Shown: positions 10,169-20,987 of the stretch, one piece after another
How positions within the stretch are numbered: position 1 is the stretch's first letter
Layout: every line of letters starts with the position of its first letter
Source of the DNA: Tubiluchus corallicola
Taxonomy: Eukaryota > Animalia > Priapulida
DNA: 20,987 nt
Assembly: GCA_030141605.1 (NCBI GenBank)
Contig: JAQGDQ010001924.1
Location: 1 to 20,987, forward strand
Direction of reading: 5' to 3'
The notes under the pieces: generated by a model
Told to the model about the DNA's origin: nothing
Seen by the model: only the letters and a program-made list of their open reading frames with translations
Database searches by the model: none
Translations under genes and position numbers: made by a program

Positions 10169-10816
10169 TTCTTCTTCGTCTTCTTCTTCTTCTGTTTCTA
10201 AGAAATGCTGACTGCACAAAAAGCAGACGGAATTCTGTTTTACAACTGCACTTCTCCCCAAAACTTGCAGTAGTTCTCCAGTTGGGTGTATCCCAGGACC
10301 TATGTAGTCTGTAATTACCGTAGTGTTCACAGACCACGATACTGTCTCGGAAGACAATGGAATGTGCGCCAAGAGAGTCCGATCCTTGAACGTCTCCAGG
10401 TCCCACGCCTGGGCAAGGTTTATGGAGATCCTGAGTTGCCCAGACAGCAGGAACCCCCTCTCTTCCTCGCTGGTGTAGTCCAAAGGAAAGCAGAGCGATA
10501 CGTTTGGCACCAGGTTAGCTGCAGGAGCTGCCGGAGTCAGTAAGCATGCTGCACTGGTCCGCCTTCGGGGCTCCACTCCTGATTTGGAAGGTTTACTCCT
10601 CTACACATGGCCACTTGGGTCACTTGACCTCCTCCGCCCTCTAGCCGTTGGCTGCTTGTACAGCTCCTCCTCCTACTGTCGAGATACAGTGTGGGCATTC
10701 CGCAGGCCTACAGCACCTGGTATTCCTAGACGGTCACCCATCCAAGCACTAACCAGGCTATACGTTGCTTAACTTCGGTGATCAACCAGTGTTGTCAACG
10801 TGATTTGGCCGTATAC
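10169..10816 (-). mobile_element. Putative 5S-headed SINE (SINE3-type) with structured GC-rich body and (GAA)n tail
   Basis: 5S head runs directly into a ~500-nt GC-rich body; degenerate (GAA)n at 10169-10193. No TSD found and only one copy in the window. Confidence 0.55.
10704..10816 (-). pseudogene. 5S rRNA-derived sequence (pseudogene or SINE head), ~7-nt internal deletion, no oligo-T terminator
   Basis: Minus strand reads GTATACGGCCAAATCACGTTGACAACACTGGTT-GATCACCGAAGTTAAGCAACGTATAGCCTGGTTAGTGCTTGGATGGGTGACCGTCTAGGAATACCAGGTGCTGTAGGCCT, collinear with metazoan 5S rRNA. A-box and C-box regions are retained; 113 nt vs the usual ~120. Confidence 0.93.
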
Positions 10817-11219
10817 TGTGCGATTGTAAGATACTTGGGCTGTCACTTTTGGATAGGAGAAAGCATAGGTGGAGAGAAGTATGTGAGTTCACAGACGAAT
10901 TTCATCGACACTGGATGCTCCAGCGTACCATGTACATTCAGTTATTGTTTAAGAACACTAGGCTAGTATACAGCAATTTTATTTGGTTTGCATAATTTAT
11001 CAAAAGAGGGCGCCCTCCTTGATTTGTTGAATATTTAATAAGCTGTCAGAGGATTTAGTTCGTTGAACAAGATTTACTGCCCTGTTAATGATACTGAGGT
11101 GTGCAGGCATGTAATGAATAAATCACTAGTAAAGTGTAAATTAGTGTGTGACGGTTACTCGTTTACTGCTTAATTACGTAAATAGTTTCATTAATTATCA
11201 CGGAGCTGCCTTAAAACGC

Positions 11220-11856
11220 AAGGGTGCAGCACTCTGGCACGCCTGTGTTGCTTAGTGTACTTTCTAGTACCAGTAGTGTACATATGTTAAATGTACATGC
11301 TACGGTAATGTCGAAAATACTGTAGAAATGAGCCCTTCCTGTTTTAGTCGCTTCGCTATGCGCATGCGTCGCAAACTTACACTGCCATCTGCCATAAGGG
11401 TGCAGCACTCTGGCACGCCTGTGTTGCTTAGTGTACTTTCTAGTACCAGTAGTGTACATATGTTAAATCTACATGTTACGGTTATATCGAAAATACTGTA
11501 GAAACTAGCCATTCCTGTTTTAGTCGCTTCGTTATGCGCATGCGTCGCAAACTTAAACTGCCATCTGGCGTCTGTGTGCTTAGTATACTTTCTAGTGCCA
11601 GTAGTGTACACATGTTAAATGTACATGTTACGGTAATATCGAAAATACTGTAGAAACGAGTCCTTCCTGTTTTAGTCGCTTCGTTATGCGCATGCGTCGC
11701 AAACTTACACTGCCACCTGCCGTCTGTCTTGCTTAGTGTACTTTCTAGTACCAGTAGTGTACACATGTTAAATGTATATCGAAAATACTGTAGAAACGAG
11801 CTGTTTTAGTAACTTCGTTATGCGCGTGCGTCGCAAACTTACACTGCCATCTGGCG
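11220..11856. repeat. Tandem repeat of ~176-bp unit, 4 copies (later copies shortened by internal deletions)
   Basis: AAGGGTGCAGCACTCTGGCACG at 11220 and 11396; the core GCTTAGTGTACTTTCTAGTACCAGTAGTGTACA...CGTCGCAAACTTACACTGCCA recurs four times. Confidence 0.95.
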
Positions 11857-12275
11857 TTTGACACTGTGACTGTGACGAGACCACAACCACGGTGAAAAGA
11901 TTGCTTGCGCAGCTGTCACAGAAATGCTTAATAAACAAAATTTTGCTAAAGGCAGTAGTTTTGCTACTAGAATTTCTTGTTTTACTTATATCCTTGGCCA
12001 ACTGAACTCCCTGCCTGCACCTCCACCTGTGTTTGCAACAACTGAACGTCTCTCCTTTCCTCATCAACGATTCTTCCTTTTCAACAGAGCGTCCATTAAT
12101 ATGTTTTGTAAGTAATTTTTTTACACAATTGTTGTAATCGGGTGATGGTTGTTGCTATACTAAACTAACAGTCAGACTATAATTTTAGTCTTACTTTTGA
12201 AACTTGTAATGTAAGAAACTTTGACTAGCATGTCACATTTATTGTAATTTATTATCACTTCAGCCATGTATTCTG

Positions 12276-12675
12276 TAGGGGCAAGCATACCCCCTGGTGG
12301 GAGAGCGAATTCGAATCGAACCGAATTTGTGACTTTCGAATTCGAATCGAACCGAACTTCAGCGTTTCGAATTCGAACCGAATTCGAGTTGAGATTGAAA
12401 GATTTTCGAACAAGTTTTCGAACCACCAGTAAAAAGTGATCTTACAAAGATCATGCATATCACTAGATTTTGTTCTGCAATAAAACGACTAGTAATTTGT
12501 TTAAAATTGTGTGCAGAAATCACAGCTAAATTATGCTAATTGCATGATGTTTCAATCGTTTTAATGATCAGGAACATGTGTGATTGAAGTGCTGAATTAT
12601 TCGAATCTATAGTCTTGGATTCGAATCGAGTTCGAACTAAAAAAAACTTGTTCGAATCGAATTCGAGCGTCCGAA
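12276..12675. mobile_element. Second copy of the hAT-type MITE at 8282-8649, with damaged TIRs
   Basis: Internal ~300 bp nearly identical to the first copy. Left end TAGGGGCAAGCAT; right TIR mostly deleted; flanks GTATTCTG / GTATTCTT (7/8). Confidence 0.9.
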
Positions 12676-13688
12676 GTATTCTTACATTACAATTTGCATT
12701 ATTATCTTTAACTATTATGCCCTGTAACTAGAAAATGAAATATAGTTACAATAATTGTAACAGAACTACATTAGTATATTATAGCATGGTATAGTTAGGG
12801 AAAAAATTCCAAATATAATTACAAAAATTTAACAGAAGTATACTGACATAGTTACTAAACTACATAATAGTTTGTCAACAAGAAATAGATGCTGCATGGT
12901 GGTCAAGAAGCAAAGCTTGCAAGACCACCATGAAAAGTGAAAAAAACGACTTAATTTACAAGTAAATTTAACAGTGAATATGTCAATTAATAAACATTTG
13001 AAGTTGGACCAAAAACACGGTATATTGATAAAATGCCCGAATATTATGTAAATAATAAAATTATGAGTACTGTAACAGATTTCTTCTAAATTTAGTATAT
13101 TTCGTCAACGCCACATACAATACCTACAAACAAGTAGGAAGAAATCGTAATTAATTAATTACATGATTAATTAAATAATTAATTATATAATTAACTGGAA
13201 ACAACTTGCCCAAGTATAATATCGAAGATAGGGTTATCTGTGTGTAATCATTGATGCTCTATATTTTTAAATAAATAAATAAATAAAAAGATGTTATGCA
13301 AGCGCAATATTTGTTATATTCTTGCAACAACACATTTTTTGCCAAATTATTTATGTCCACAAAATTTGTGTGCATTTGTTTTTACATGTACTCTAATATG
13401 TGAACACTAAAGATCTTTTATTGCCCATAGAAGAAAGAGGAGTTGTAGTTATACTATAGATTGTAAAATAGAAACTGGAGCAGTGTAATTTATGGCCGAA
13501 TTTGCAAAGTTTTATGATATTCATGCAATAATTACAGTTCTACTGCGTAACGTTAGTTTTCTGACTGTTTCAAGGAATAGCAATTTTCGTGTTTTTGAGA
13601 TCATTTCAAGGTTTTTGTCAGTAATTGTTGTCCAAACGCATCTTCGTTACCCTACAACGTTTGGAGTTGCCTTTTGTTTAGCTAACTA

Positions 13689-13968
13689 CAGTCAACCCTC
13701 GTTAAACCGGACTAATGGGGGGGGGGAGTCCGGTTTATCGGATTGTCCGATTTATCCCATATGCCGATATATGGTCTATATTATACAGGAATAATCACCA
13801 TAAGTAAGGCCTACATACATTGCACTATATACTATACTGTATATTACTTTAAAATAGTTAACCTGTGAGGATAAAGAAATTATTGTACAGTTGGTTCCTT
13901 TACCACGGATGACGTCCGTCTTATCCGATATCCGGGCTAACGGGGTCCGGTTTAACGAGGGTCGACTG
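13689..13968. mobile_element. Tc1/mariner (pogo/Tigger-like) MITE, 280 bp
   Basis: TIR CAGTC(A/G)ACCCTCGTTAAACCGGAC, 23/24 match, flanked by TA on both sides; subterminal GTCCG..TTA repeats. Confidence 0.93.
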
Positions 13969-14412
13969 TATCAGCACACGTCACATGTTTGAATCGCTTA
14001 TCGTTTGGCTGCTCCTGGTGGTTATCGATCGTCTGACCTTCGGCGCTCCAGTTTACATTTAAATCAAGTTACTATAAATGAAATTTAATTTCCGCGATAA
14101 CATCATGCTCGTGCAGCGAGAACTGCAGCGATTTTATCCGAGATTGAGAGAACAAGCGAAGCTTTACTGTTGCACAGATTCGAGATAAGAAGAGTGTTTC
14201 TATGAAATATGGTTCAGCAGCATTGAAAACACAATATATGATATATCACATGTATTGAAAGCTTGATTTCCTCCTGTAAATAAATCGATAATATTCCGAA
14301 GTACATCCAATCAGTTCTAATGTGATTTTAGTCGATAGAGAAAGATTTATTTAACGATACGAACTACGCTGAGTTTGTTGTAAGGGCTATTATAACTTAT
14401 AGGGTCTGTTAA

Positions 14413-14869
14413 CCCTTTCAGTCCCAAATTATTTTTTTAATAAGAAATTTTTTTGCCTTGGTACTTTTGTTCAGTATGTCCATCTTGTTTACACATAATT
14501 ATTATTTTTCTACTTGTGCCCGTGTGCTAAATATAGCCTGTATCCCACGGGGATACATTGGGATTCAATGGAAGCATAAAATGTGCTTCATTTTGCAACT
14601 GCTGATAATTTTTTAAAGTATTTAAGACATTTAGTATGCATGCTATGCTGATCTGTACAAAGTCGTCTCTAAAGTACTGTATCTTACACAGTTTTTTATG
14701 CTATGTAGATTTTCTAGTTTGCCATTTTATCACCATTTTTAGTCTATTGTTATTGGCTTAAATCAAAATAACTATTAACAGATCAAATAACTGTCAGTTT
14801 TAAAATTTTATTAATTTTAAAGGCAGAAAATATTCTCGTATCCCACGGGATACAACGGGTATGAAAGGG
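14413..14869. mobile_element. piggyBac-type non-autonomous element, 457 bp
   Basis: TTAA on both flanks; TIR CCCTTTCAGTCCC vs CCCTTTCATACCC (11/13); internal palindrome GTATCCCACGG(G)GATAC near 14540 and 14838. Confidence 0.88.
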
Positions 14870-15085
14870 TTAATCTATGTTGTTGTGAATGGACACTTGA
14901 AACAGGTGCTACTTTCTAAACTTATCTAACTATTTCACGTAACAGTGGACTAACTCAGCTTTGGCATACTGCCTGTAGGAAAGTTTAGAAGTGCTTTTAG
15001 AATGATGTGAAGAATCGAAGATACAGTAGACACCTGCGAATAAGAAATTTTAACACTAGGTCTGCTCTTAGGTACAGCTAACAAC

Positions 15086-15210
15086 CAGGGCCTGTTTCAA
15101 GGTGGGGGGATATTTCCCCGGGGCCTCGCCCTCCAGGGGGGCCTCGCGCCAAAGTAACATCATTTTCTTTTGCTTTATGCGAACATACTGACTGCCTCCT
15201 CTCTCCCTCC

Positions 15211-15295
<85 letters not shown>

Positions 15296-15543
15296 CCCGC
15301 ACGCGCGCCGTTTGCCAGTATTGACAAGTATTAAGGACTGGTCTTGAGAATAAAGCAGTTTTTCTTTCAATTGTTCTTTCCTTTAACAACTGTATAACTC
15401 CATATTTTCTCTTCGAAAATGCTTCTCCGGCGTTCTAGCAGTTCAAAAATTTTCTGGGCGCCAACCATGGTAGCGCCCCCCCCCCCGATGGGCCCTCACA
15501 CGTCCCACTTCCCCGGGCCTCGCGTAGGCTGAAATAGGCCCTG
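15086..15543. mobile_element. hAT-type MITE, 458 bp, containing a (CT)n microsatellite
   Basis: TIR CAGGGCCT(G/A)TTTCA, 13/14; 8-bp TSD CTAACAAC / CCAACAAC (7/8); GGGCCTCGC subterminal motifs. Confidence 0.9.
15198..15290. repeat. (CT)n microsatellite
   Basis: Pure tract at ~15219-15290; explains the ER-repeat ORFs. Confidence 0.98.
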
Positions 15544-16068
15544 CCAACAACACTTGGTCTGCTGACAAGTGTTACCGTCTTTCAACAATGAACATCTGTC
15601 TCCTTTTCAGCTCTTTGTTTTCCACTTGTCGAATGTGGAAGCCACAACAATTGGATCTCCATTGTTTCATGTTTACACATGTCTGCTTGTTCTTTTGTTT
15701 CCTGTTTTCTTGGTGGATCACGTCGTTGTTTTTTTGTTGCTATTGTAGGGCTGCTTCGTTGCTTAGGAGCTGCTAATCCCGTTTCCATGTGAACTCGACA
15801 CGTACAAAAGGCACACCTGATGCGTGTCTGATGCCATTATGTTTGATTATTGATCATTGAGAATCGAACTTGTTTCGACTCTCATTTATTTTTAACATTG
15901 TGGACTTACGGTGTTGTAATGAAAGGCCCAGAAGCTGAGAATTCACTGTTTTGGGGAGTCGTAGCTTTGTGACTGTCTCCTTATGGAAAGTTGAAGCTTT
16001 TCAAGGCAGTCTTCGATTGTCAGTAATAAGTTTTATAACTTTATTACTATATTATTATTATTATATTA

Positions 16069-17118
16069 TAGTTTTGTAACATTCATACATTTCCCGTCGA
16101 AGTATCTGGTAGTTTATAATATTCATACATTTCTCATCGAAGTATCTGGTAGTTTTATAACATTCATACATTTCCCGTCGAAGTATCTGGTAGTCTATAA
16201 CATTCACACATTTCCCGTCGAAGTATCTGGTAGTCTATAATATCCATACATTTCCCGTCGAAGTATCTGGTAGTCTATAATATTCACACATTTCCCGTAG
16301 AAGTATCTGGTAGTCTATAATATTCATACATTTCCCGTAGAAGTATCTGCTAGTCTATAATATTCACACATTTCCCGTAGAAGTATCTGGTAGTCTATAA
16401 TATTCACACATTTCCCGTAGAAGTATCTGGTAGTCTATAATATTCACACATTTCCCGTCGAAGTATCTGATAGTCTATAATATTCACACATTTCCCGTCG
16501 AAGTATCTGGTAGTCTATAATATTCACACATTTCCCGTCGAAGTATCTGATAGTCTATAATATTCACACATTTCCCGTCGAAGTATCTGGTAGTCTATAA
16601 TATTCACACATTTCCCGTCGAAGTATCTGGTAGTCTATAATATTCACACATTTCCCGTCGAAGTATCTGGTAGTCTATAATATTCACACATTTCCCGTCG
16701 AAGTATCTGGTAGTCTATAATATTCACACATTTCCCGTAGAAGTATCTGGTAGTCTATAATATCCACACATTTCCCGTCGAAGTATCTGGTAGTCTATAA
16801 TATTCACACATTTCCCGTCGAAGTATCTGGTAGTCTATCATATTCATACATTTCCCGTCGAAGTATCTGGTAGTCTATAATATTCACACATTTCCCGTCG
16901 AAGTAGCTGGTAGTCTATAACATTCACACATTTCCCGTCGAAGTATCTGGTAGTCTATAACATTCACACATTTCCCGTCGAAGTATCTGGTAGTCTATAA
17001 TATCCATACATTTCCCGTCGAAGTATCTGGTAGTCTATAATATCCATACATTTCCCGTCGAAGTATCTGGTAGTCTATAATATCCATACATTTCCCATCG
17101 AAGTATCTGGTAGTCTAT
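16069..17118. repeat. 40-bp minisatellite (TATTCACACATTTCCCGTCGAAGTATCTGGTAGTCTATAA), ~26 copies
   Basis: Exact 40-bp periodicity with only substitution variants. Confidence 0.98.
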
Positions 17119-17507
17119 CTGTCTAGCGCAAGTTTTTAATTTACAAAACTCTTTAAATTGCAATCTGTAAATTGCAATCTGTCACCATAACGATTGCATC
17201 AAATTGCTTGAAAGAAATTGATAGCCTCATAAAATTAAAGTTTTTATTTACAACATCCGAAATTACAGCTAATAACTGTGTTTAGAAGTTGCACTGCAGT
17301 GTTAACTTTGATTCTAGGTGAAAGCGGCTTTGACGACTTAACAACATTATAATGATCTTACGTTTTTGCCTGTAGCTACAGCCGTAATAAAATACGAAAA
17401 CGTATAAATTTACTCTTCGTGATCGTGACCCCCTGTGGGTCGTGGACGCTCATTAAAAAATTGCCCAGGGCTTTCAAAGATAATGATCCGTATTAGAAAT
17501 AGATTTA

Positions 17508-17864
17508 AATAAGCCTTTTCACAGTTCCAGCGATTGATGATGATCGTGAAAAGGTCAGAGGTTAAGTGTACCAGATAATGCATTTGTGTACACTTGACAA
17601 CGCCTCGCAGCCCATGCTATTGTAATAGTAACAGTTTTAACAGCTAGCTAGAACCTTACCTAGTTCATTTTTCTTGCTCCCAAGCAAGGTTCTACTAGTA
17701 AATCACTCTTTGTACAGACTAATACATATAAGTGAAGTCCGTGTAAGACAGCTGAACTTACTGAACTAATGCGGCAGACGGCTTTGCTTTTACCCACACG
17801 CCACGTGACGGTTGTAGCTAAGACGCTTTGCTGTGGTGCACTTAACCTTTGACCTACAGCAACT
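17508..17864. mobile_element. Copy 2 of the dispersed repeat at 4254-4638, same orientation, right TIR missing
   Basis: Collinear homology from AGCCTTTTCACAGTT to TTTGACCTACA, with many substitutions and small indels. Confidence 0.85.
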
Positions 17865-18138
17865 TGCTGAGTTTTTAAATTGTGCCTTGTAGCCCAAATT
17901 TGTTTCAATTCAGCCTGGATTGACATTATTTTGGGTGTTTGTTTATTGAAATATAATTGGACGGGAAATGATTACTCGTTTTACCTGCTATAGAATTTGG
18001 TGGTACAGCAGTGCTCGGATAAAATAAGCATGGATTAAAGTTTAAATCAGAAACATTGTTGCAAGGAATAGTTGATTGTAATGCAAACTTTTGACACCTG
18101 CATATCGTTTTCGGGGTTACAGTTTTATAGCTTGATAA

Positions 18139-18512
18139 TCTTCTTCTTCTTCTTCTTCTTCTTCTTCTTCAATGAATCACTCGTCCAGTGACACGATTCT
18201 GCTCACCTCCCTATGCCAGGACTCCCTACACGCTGCAATGCCCCAAGTGGATTGATTTATAAGGATCAATGCTGAAGTGTTTAAATCTTTCTGTGCAAAA
18301 TCTAAGTATGTTAACATTTGTCCTCCTGCAGGTTTTTTAGCTGGTTCTATGACTTGTTGGAGAGCTATCTTCACTTTAATATCATCAGGTAGTCTAAGCA
18401 TATGCCCAATCCATCTTAAACTGCGTCTTTTTATTTTTCTTGTCCAAGATTCTTCTTTTATTTTTTCATATAGATCTTTGTTTGAAATTTTCTTTGGCCA
18501 TCTAACTCTATT
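18139..18512 (-). mobile_element. 5'-truncated RTE-clade LINE: ORF C-terminus plus (GAA)10 tail
   Basis: The minus frame extends upstream of the listed ORF: RVRWPKKISNKDLYEKIKEESWTRKIKRRSLRWIGHMLRLPDD...KKPAGG...TY...KDL...AACRESW, the typical RTE C-terminal pattern. Stop at 18177, 6-nt UTR, then (GAA)10. Confidence 0.9.
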
Positions 18513-19003
18513 TACACAAGCGGGGAAACCTTAAAATTTCTGTTTAACCCACATTAAATAGAATATTATGACTCATTCGCTTCTTGTAAAACTTGTAATA
18601 GCTATTGAATGCTGTTGAACGAAATTGAAAATTAGCTCTGCGTTAATTAACTTTTCATGGGTGTTTTCCATTAGTAAAGAGAACCTGTTAAATTATGTTA
18701 AGAGCATTAGATTATGATAAATAATTATGTTGATGAATGAAGCCAGTTAAGGAGTGGTGTCACGTGAGCAAGTGATTCAGAATATTGTGTAATAGGCGTG
18801 TGGTTATTTAGGATACGTGTAGTTGTAATATCCGTATTGTATTACTTTTCTTTGTTTTTATGTTAAGTACTAATTTTTATGTATGTAATTGTTTATGTCA
18901 GTATCTACTAATCCTGCAATTGTAATTTTAATTTTATTTTTTTTGCTAGATAATTTTGTACTTTTTTATAATTTCAGTGTGAACTATATGTTCGAAATAA
19001 ATG

Positions 19004-19377
<374 letters not shown>

Positions 19378-20504
19378 GCTAGACAGTAATGTATACTTGA
19401 TAAAGTAATACAAGTTTAAGACTGAAAAGTATAAAGCGGACACATTGTTATATTTATTTATTCATTTAGTTTAGATTTAGGTTAATACATGAAGTACTAT
19501 ATAAAAACAAATAAGTAATACAGATTATAAAACTACATACACAAGATAGATATTTAGGTATTTATTTATAAGTGTCAAAAATACATACAAGACATACGTA
19601 CAATTTCAATTTTGAAATATACAAAAAACAAGGGATATATATATACAATTTAAATTTTGAAATATAATGGCACTCTATTACTAATAAACAATACAATATA
19701 CAAGATGAAATACTCTAATCTCTAATCTAATTCTCTAGTCTAAACTCTATTCATGATCAAGATTTGTTAAACAAATAACTGTATTTATGAGCAGTCAATG
19801 ACAAATGGACGTGGCAGGCATGCTTGTTTAGCATAAGCATTCAGACCTATTAACTTTTTCCATTTAGCACACTCGCCCATACAGGAAATGAGTCATTCTC
19901 ACAACAATTAGTGTTTTTGTAAGTTTGTTATTAAACCTGTTCAATTTCGTTTGTTCCAGTTCTGTTAAAGCTACACAAATGTTGTTTCTACTCTGATTGA
20001 TTGTTTATTAACATAATTTATGGTGGGTCATTAAGTCTTGATGTTACAACGGCAATAATTCGCAAATTTGAATGTAATAATTATCCGTTGTCTTGTTGTA
20101 CTTCTAAACTTTTATTGCTTTGAACAGAACTGCGGCCTATTTCGTCAGAAACTAAAATTTTATCTTTATTTATTTATTAAATAAAAAAAATTTATTTTTT
20201 TTATCTACCTAGGCGGCATTGATGAAGTCATTTAAAGTAAAAAACTTATTTATAACCTTTATAATCTATAACCCTTGCGTTTCGTAAACAATCAATTTGA
20301 TAATGACCTTCGATATAACATAGTTTGTGCTCTTTTTTTAAAAAATAAAATTATTCAAGTCCATTGAATAAATTAATCACGTCCAAATTAAACTTGGTTG
20401 CTTCGAGGTAAATTTAATCTGTGTGTCGATGTTGTGTCCATCAACCTAACCGAGAGACTTGTGAGGTTTCAGTTTCAGTTCTCTGTGAACGTGGCTGTTT
20501 TCCA

Positions 20505-20942
20505 TTGCTTTGCTGTTGTCTACGATGTCCAGTCGAACCAAATTTCACATTTCCGTCGGTTCCTTTTTTGTCATTGAATTATATAGTTTCTTCTGTGGCA
20601 CCCCTTACGGTTGTCTTTGCTTTTGTGTACGATGTCCAGTCCAATCCAATTTCACGTTTCCACAGATGCCTTACCACAGTTCTGTCAGTTCCTTTTTTGT
20701 CATTGCATTATATACTTTCTTCTGTGGCACCCCTTACGGTTCTCTTTGCTTTTGTGTACGATGTCCAGTCCAATCCAATTTCACGTTTCCACAGATGCCT
20801 TACCACAGTTCTGTTAGTTCCCTTTTTGTCATTGCATTATATACTTTCTTCTGTGGCGCCCCGTACGGTTCTCTTTGCTTTTGTGTACGATGTCCAGTCG
20901 AATCAAATTTCCACAGATGCCTTACCACAGTTGTCAGTTCTT
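20505..20942. repeat. 129-bp tandem repeat, ~3.5 copies (first copy shorter and more diverged)
   Basis: TACGATGTCCAGTC at 20521, 20628, 20757 and 20886. Confidence 0.95.
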
Positions 20943-20987
20943 TATATATATTTATTTGCCATTAAAAAACATTGATAATCACTGATA

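Noticed and set aside
9980-10576. 198-aa ORF as a host protein
   Set aside because: No recognisable domain, non-ATG start, lies in GC-rich putative SINE sequence, and the poly-E comes from the GAA tract.
10704-10816. Functional 5S rRNA gene
   Set aside because: Internal deletion, several substitutions, no T-run terminator and not in a tandem array.
15582-15788. 68-aa charged minus-strand ORF
   Set aside because: Short, no domain and no convincing splice context.
16069-17118. CRISPR-like array
   Set aside because: Contiguous 40-bp units with no unique spacers, no cas genes, eukaryotic context.
20421-20975. 184- and 151-aa ORFs with 43-aa repeats
   Set aside because: By-product of a 129-bp tandem repeat that is open in several frames.

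Overview
AT-rich eukaryotic (most likely invertebrate animal) intergenic or intronic DNA; no host protein-coding gene can be supported. The window is a mosaic of: (i) tandem repeats (30-bp and 40-bp minisatellites, 112-, 129-, 162- and 176-bp repeats, compound microsatellites); (ii) at least nine short non-autonomous DNA-transposon copies, several with clear TIRs and target-site duplications (hAT-type with 8-bp and one 6-bp TSD, Tc1/mariner-type with TA, piggyBac-type with TTAA, a foldback-like element); (iii) 5'-truncated non-LTR retrotransposon ends (CR1/L2 group, a CCHC zinc-knuckle LINE in two copies, RTE); (iv) a tRNA-headed SINE. Most long ORFs in the supplied track are artefacts of repeats. 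The most notable object lies on the minus strand at about 10169-10816: a 5S rRNA-derived head without its terminator, fused to a GC-rich, highly structured ~500-nt body that is largely free of T-runs and ends in a (GAA)n tract. It is a candidate 5S-headed SINE or long Pol III RNA. All family assignments come from visual motif recognition; no database search was run.
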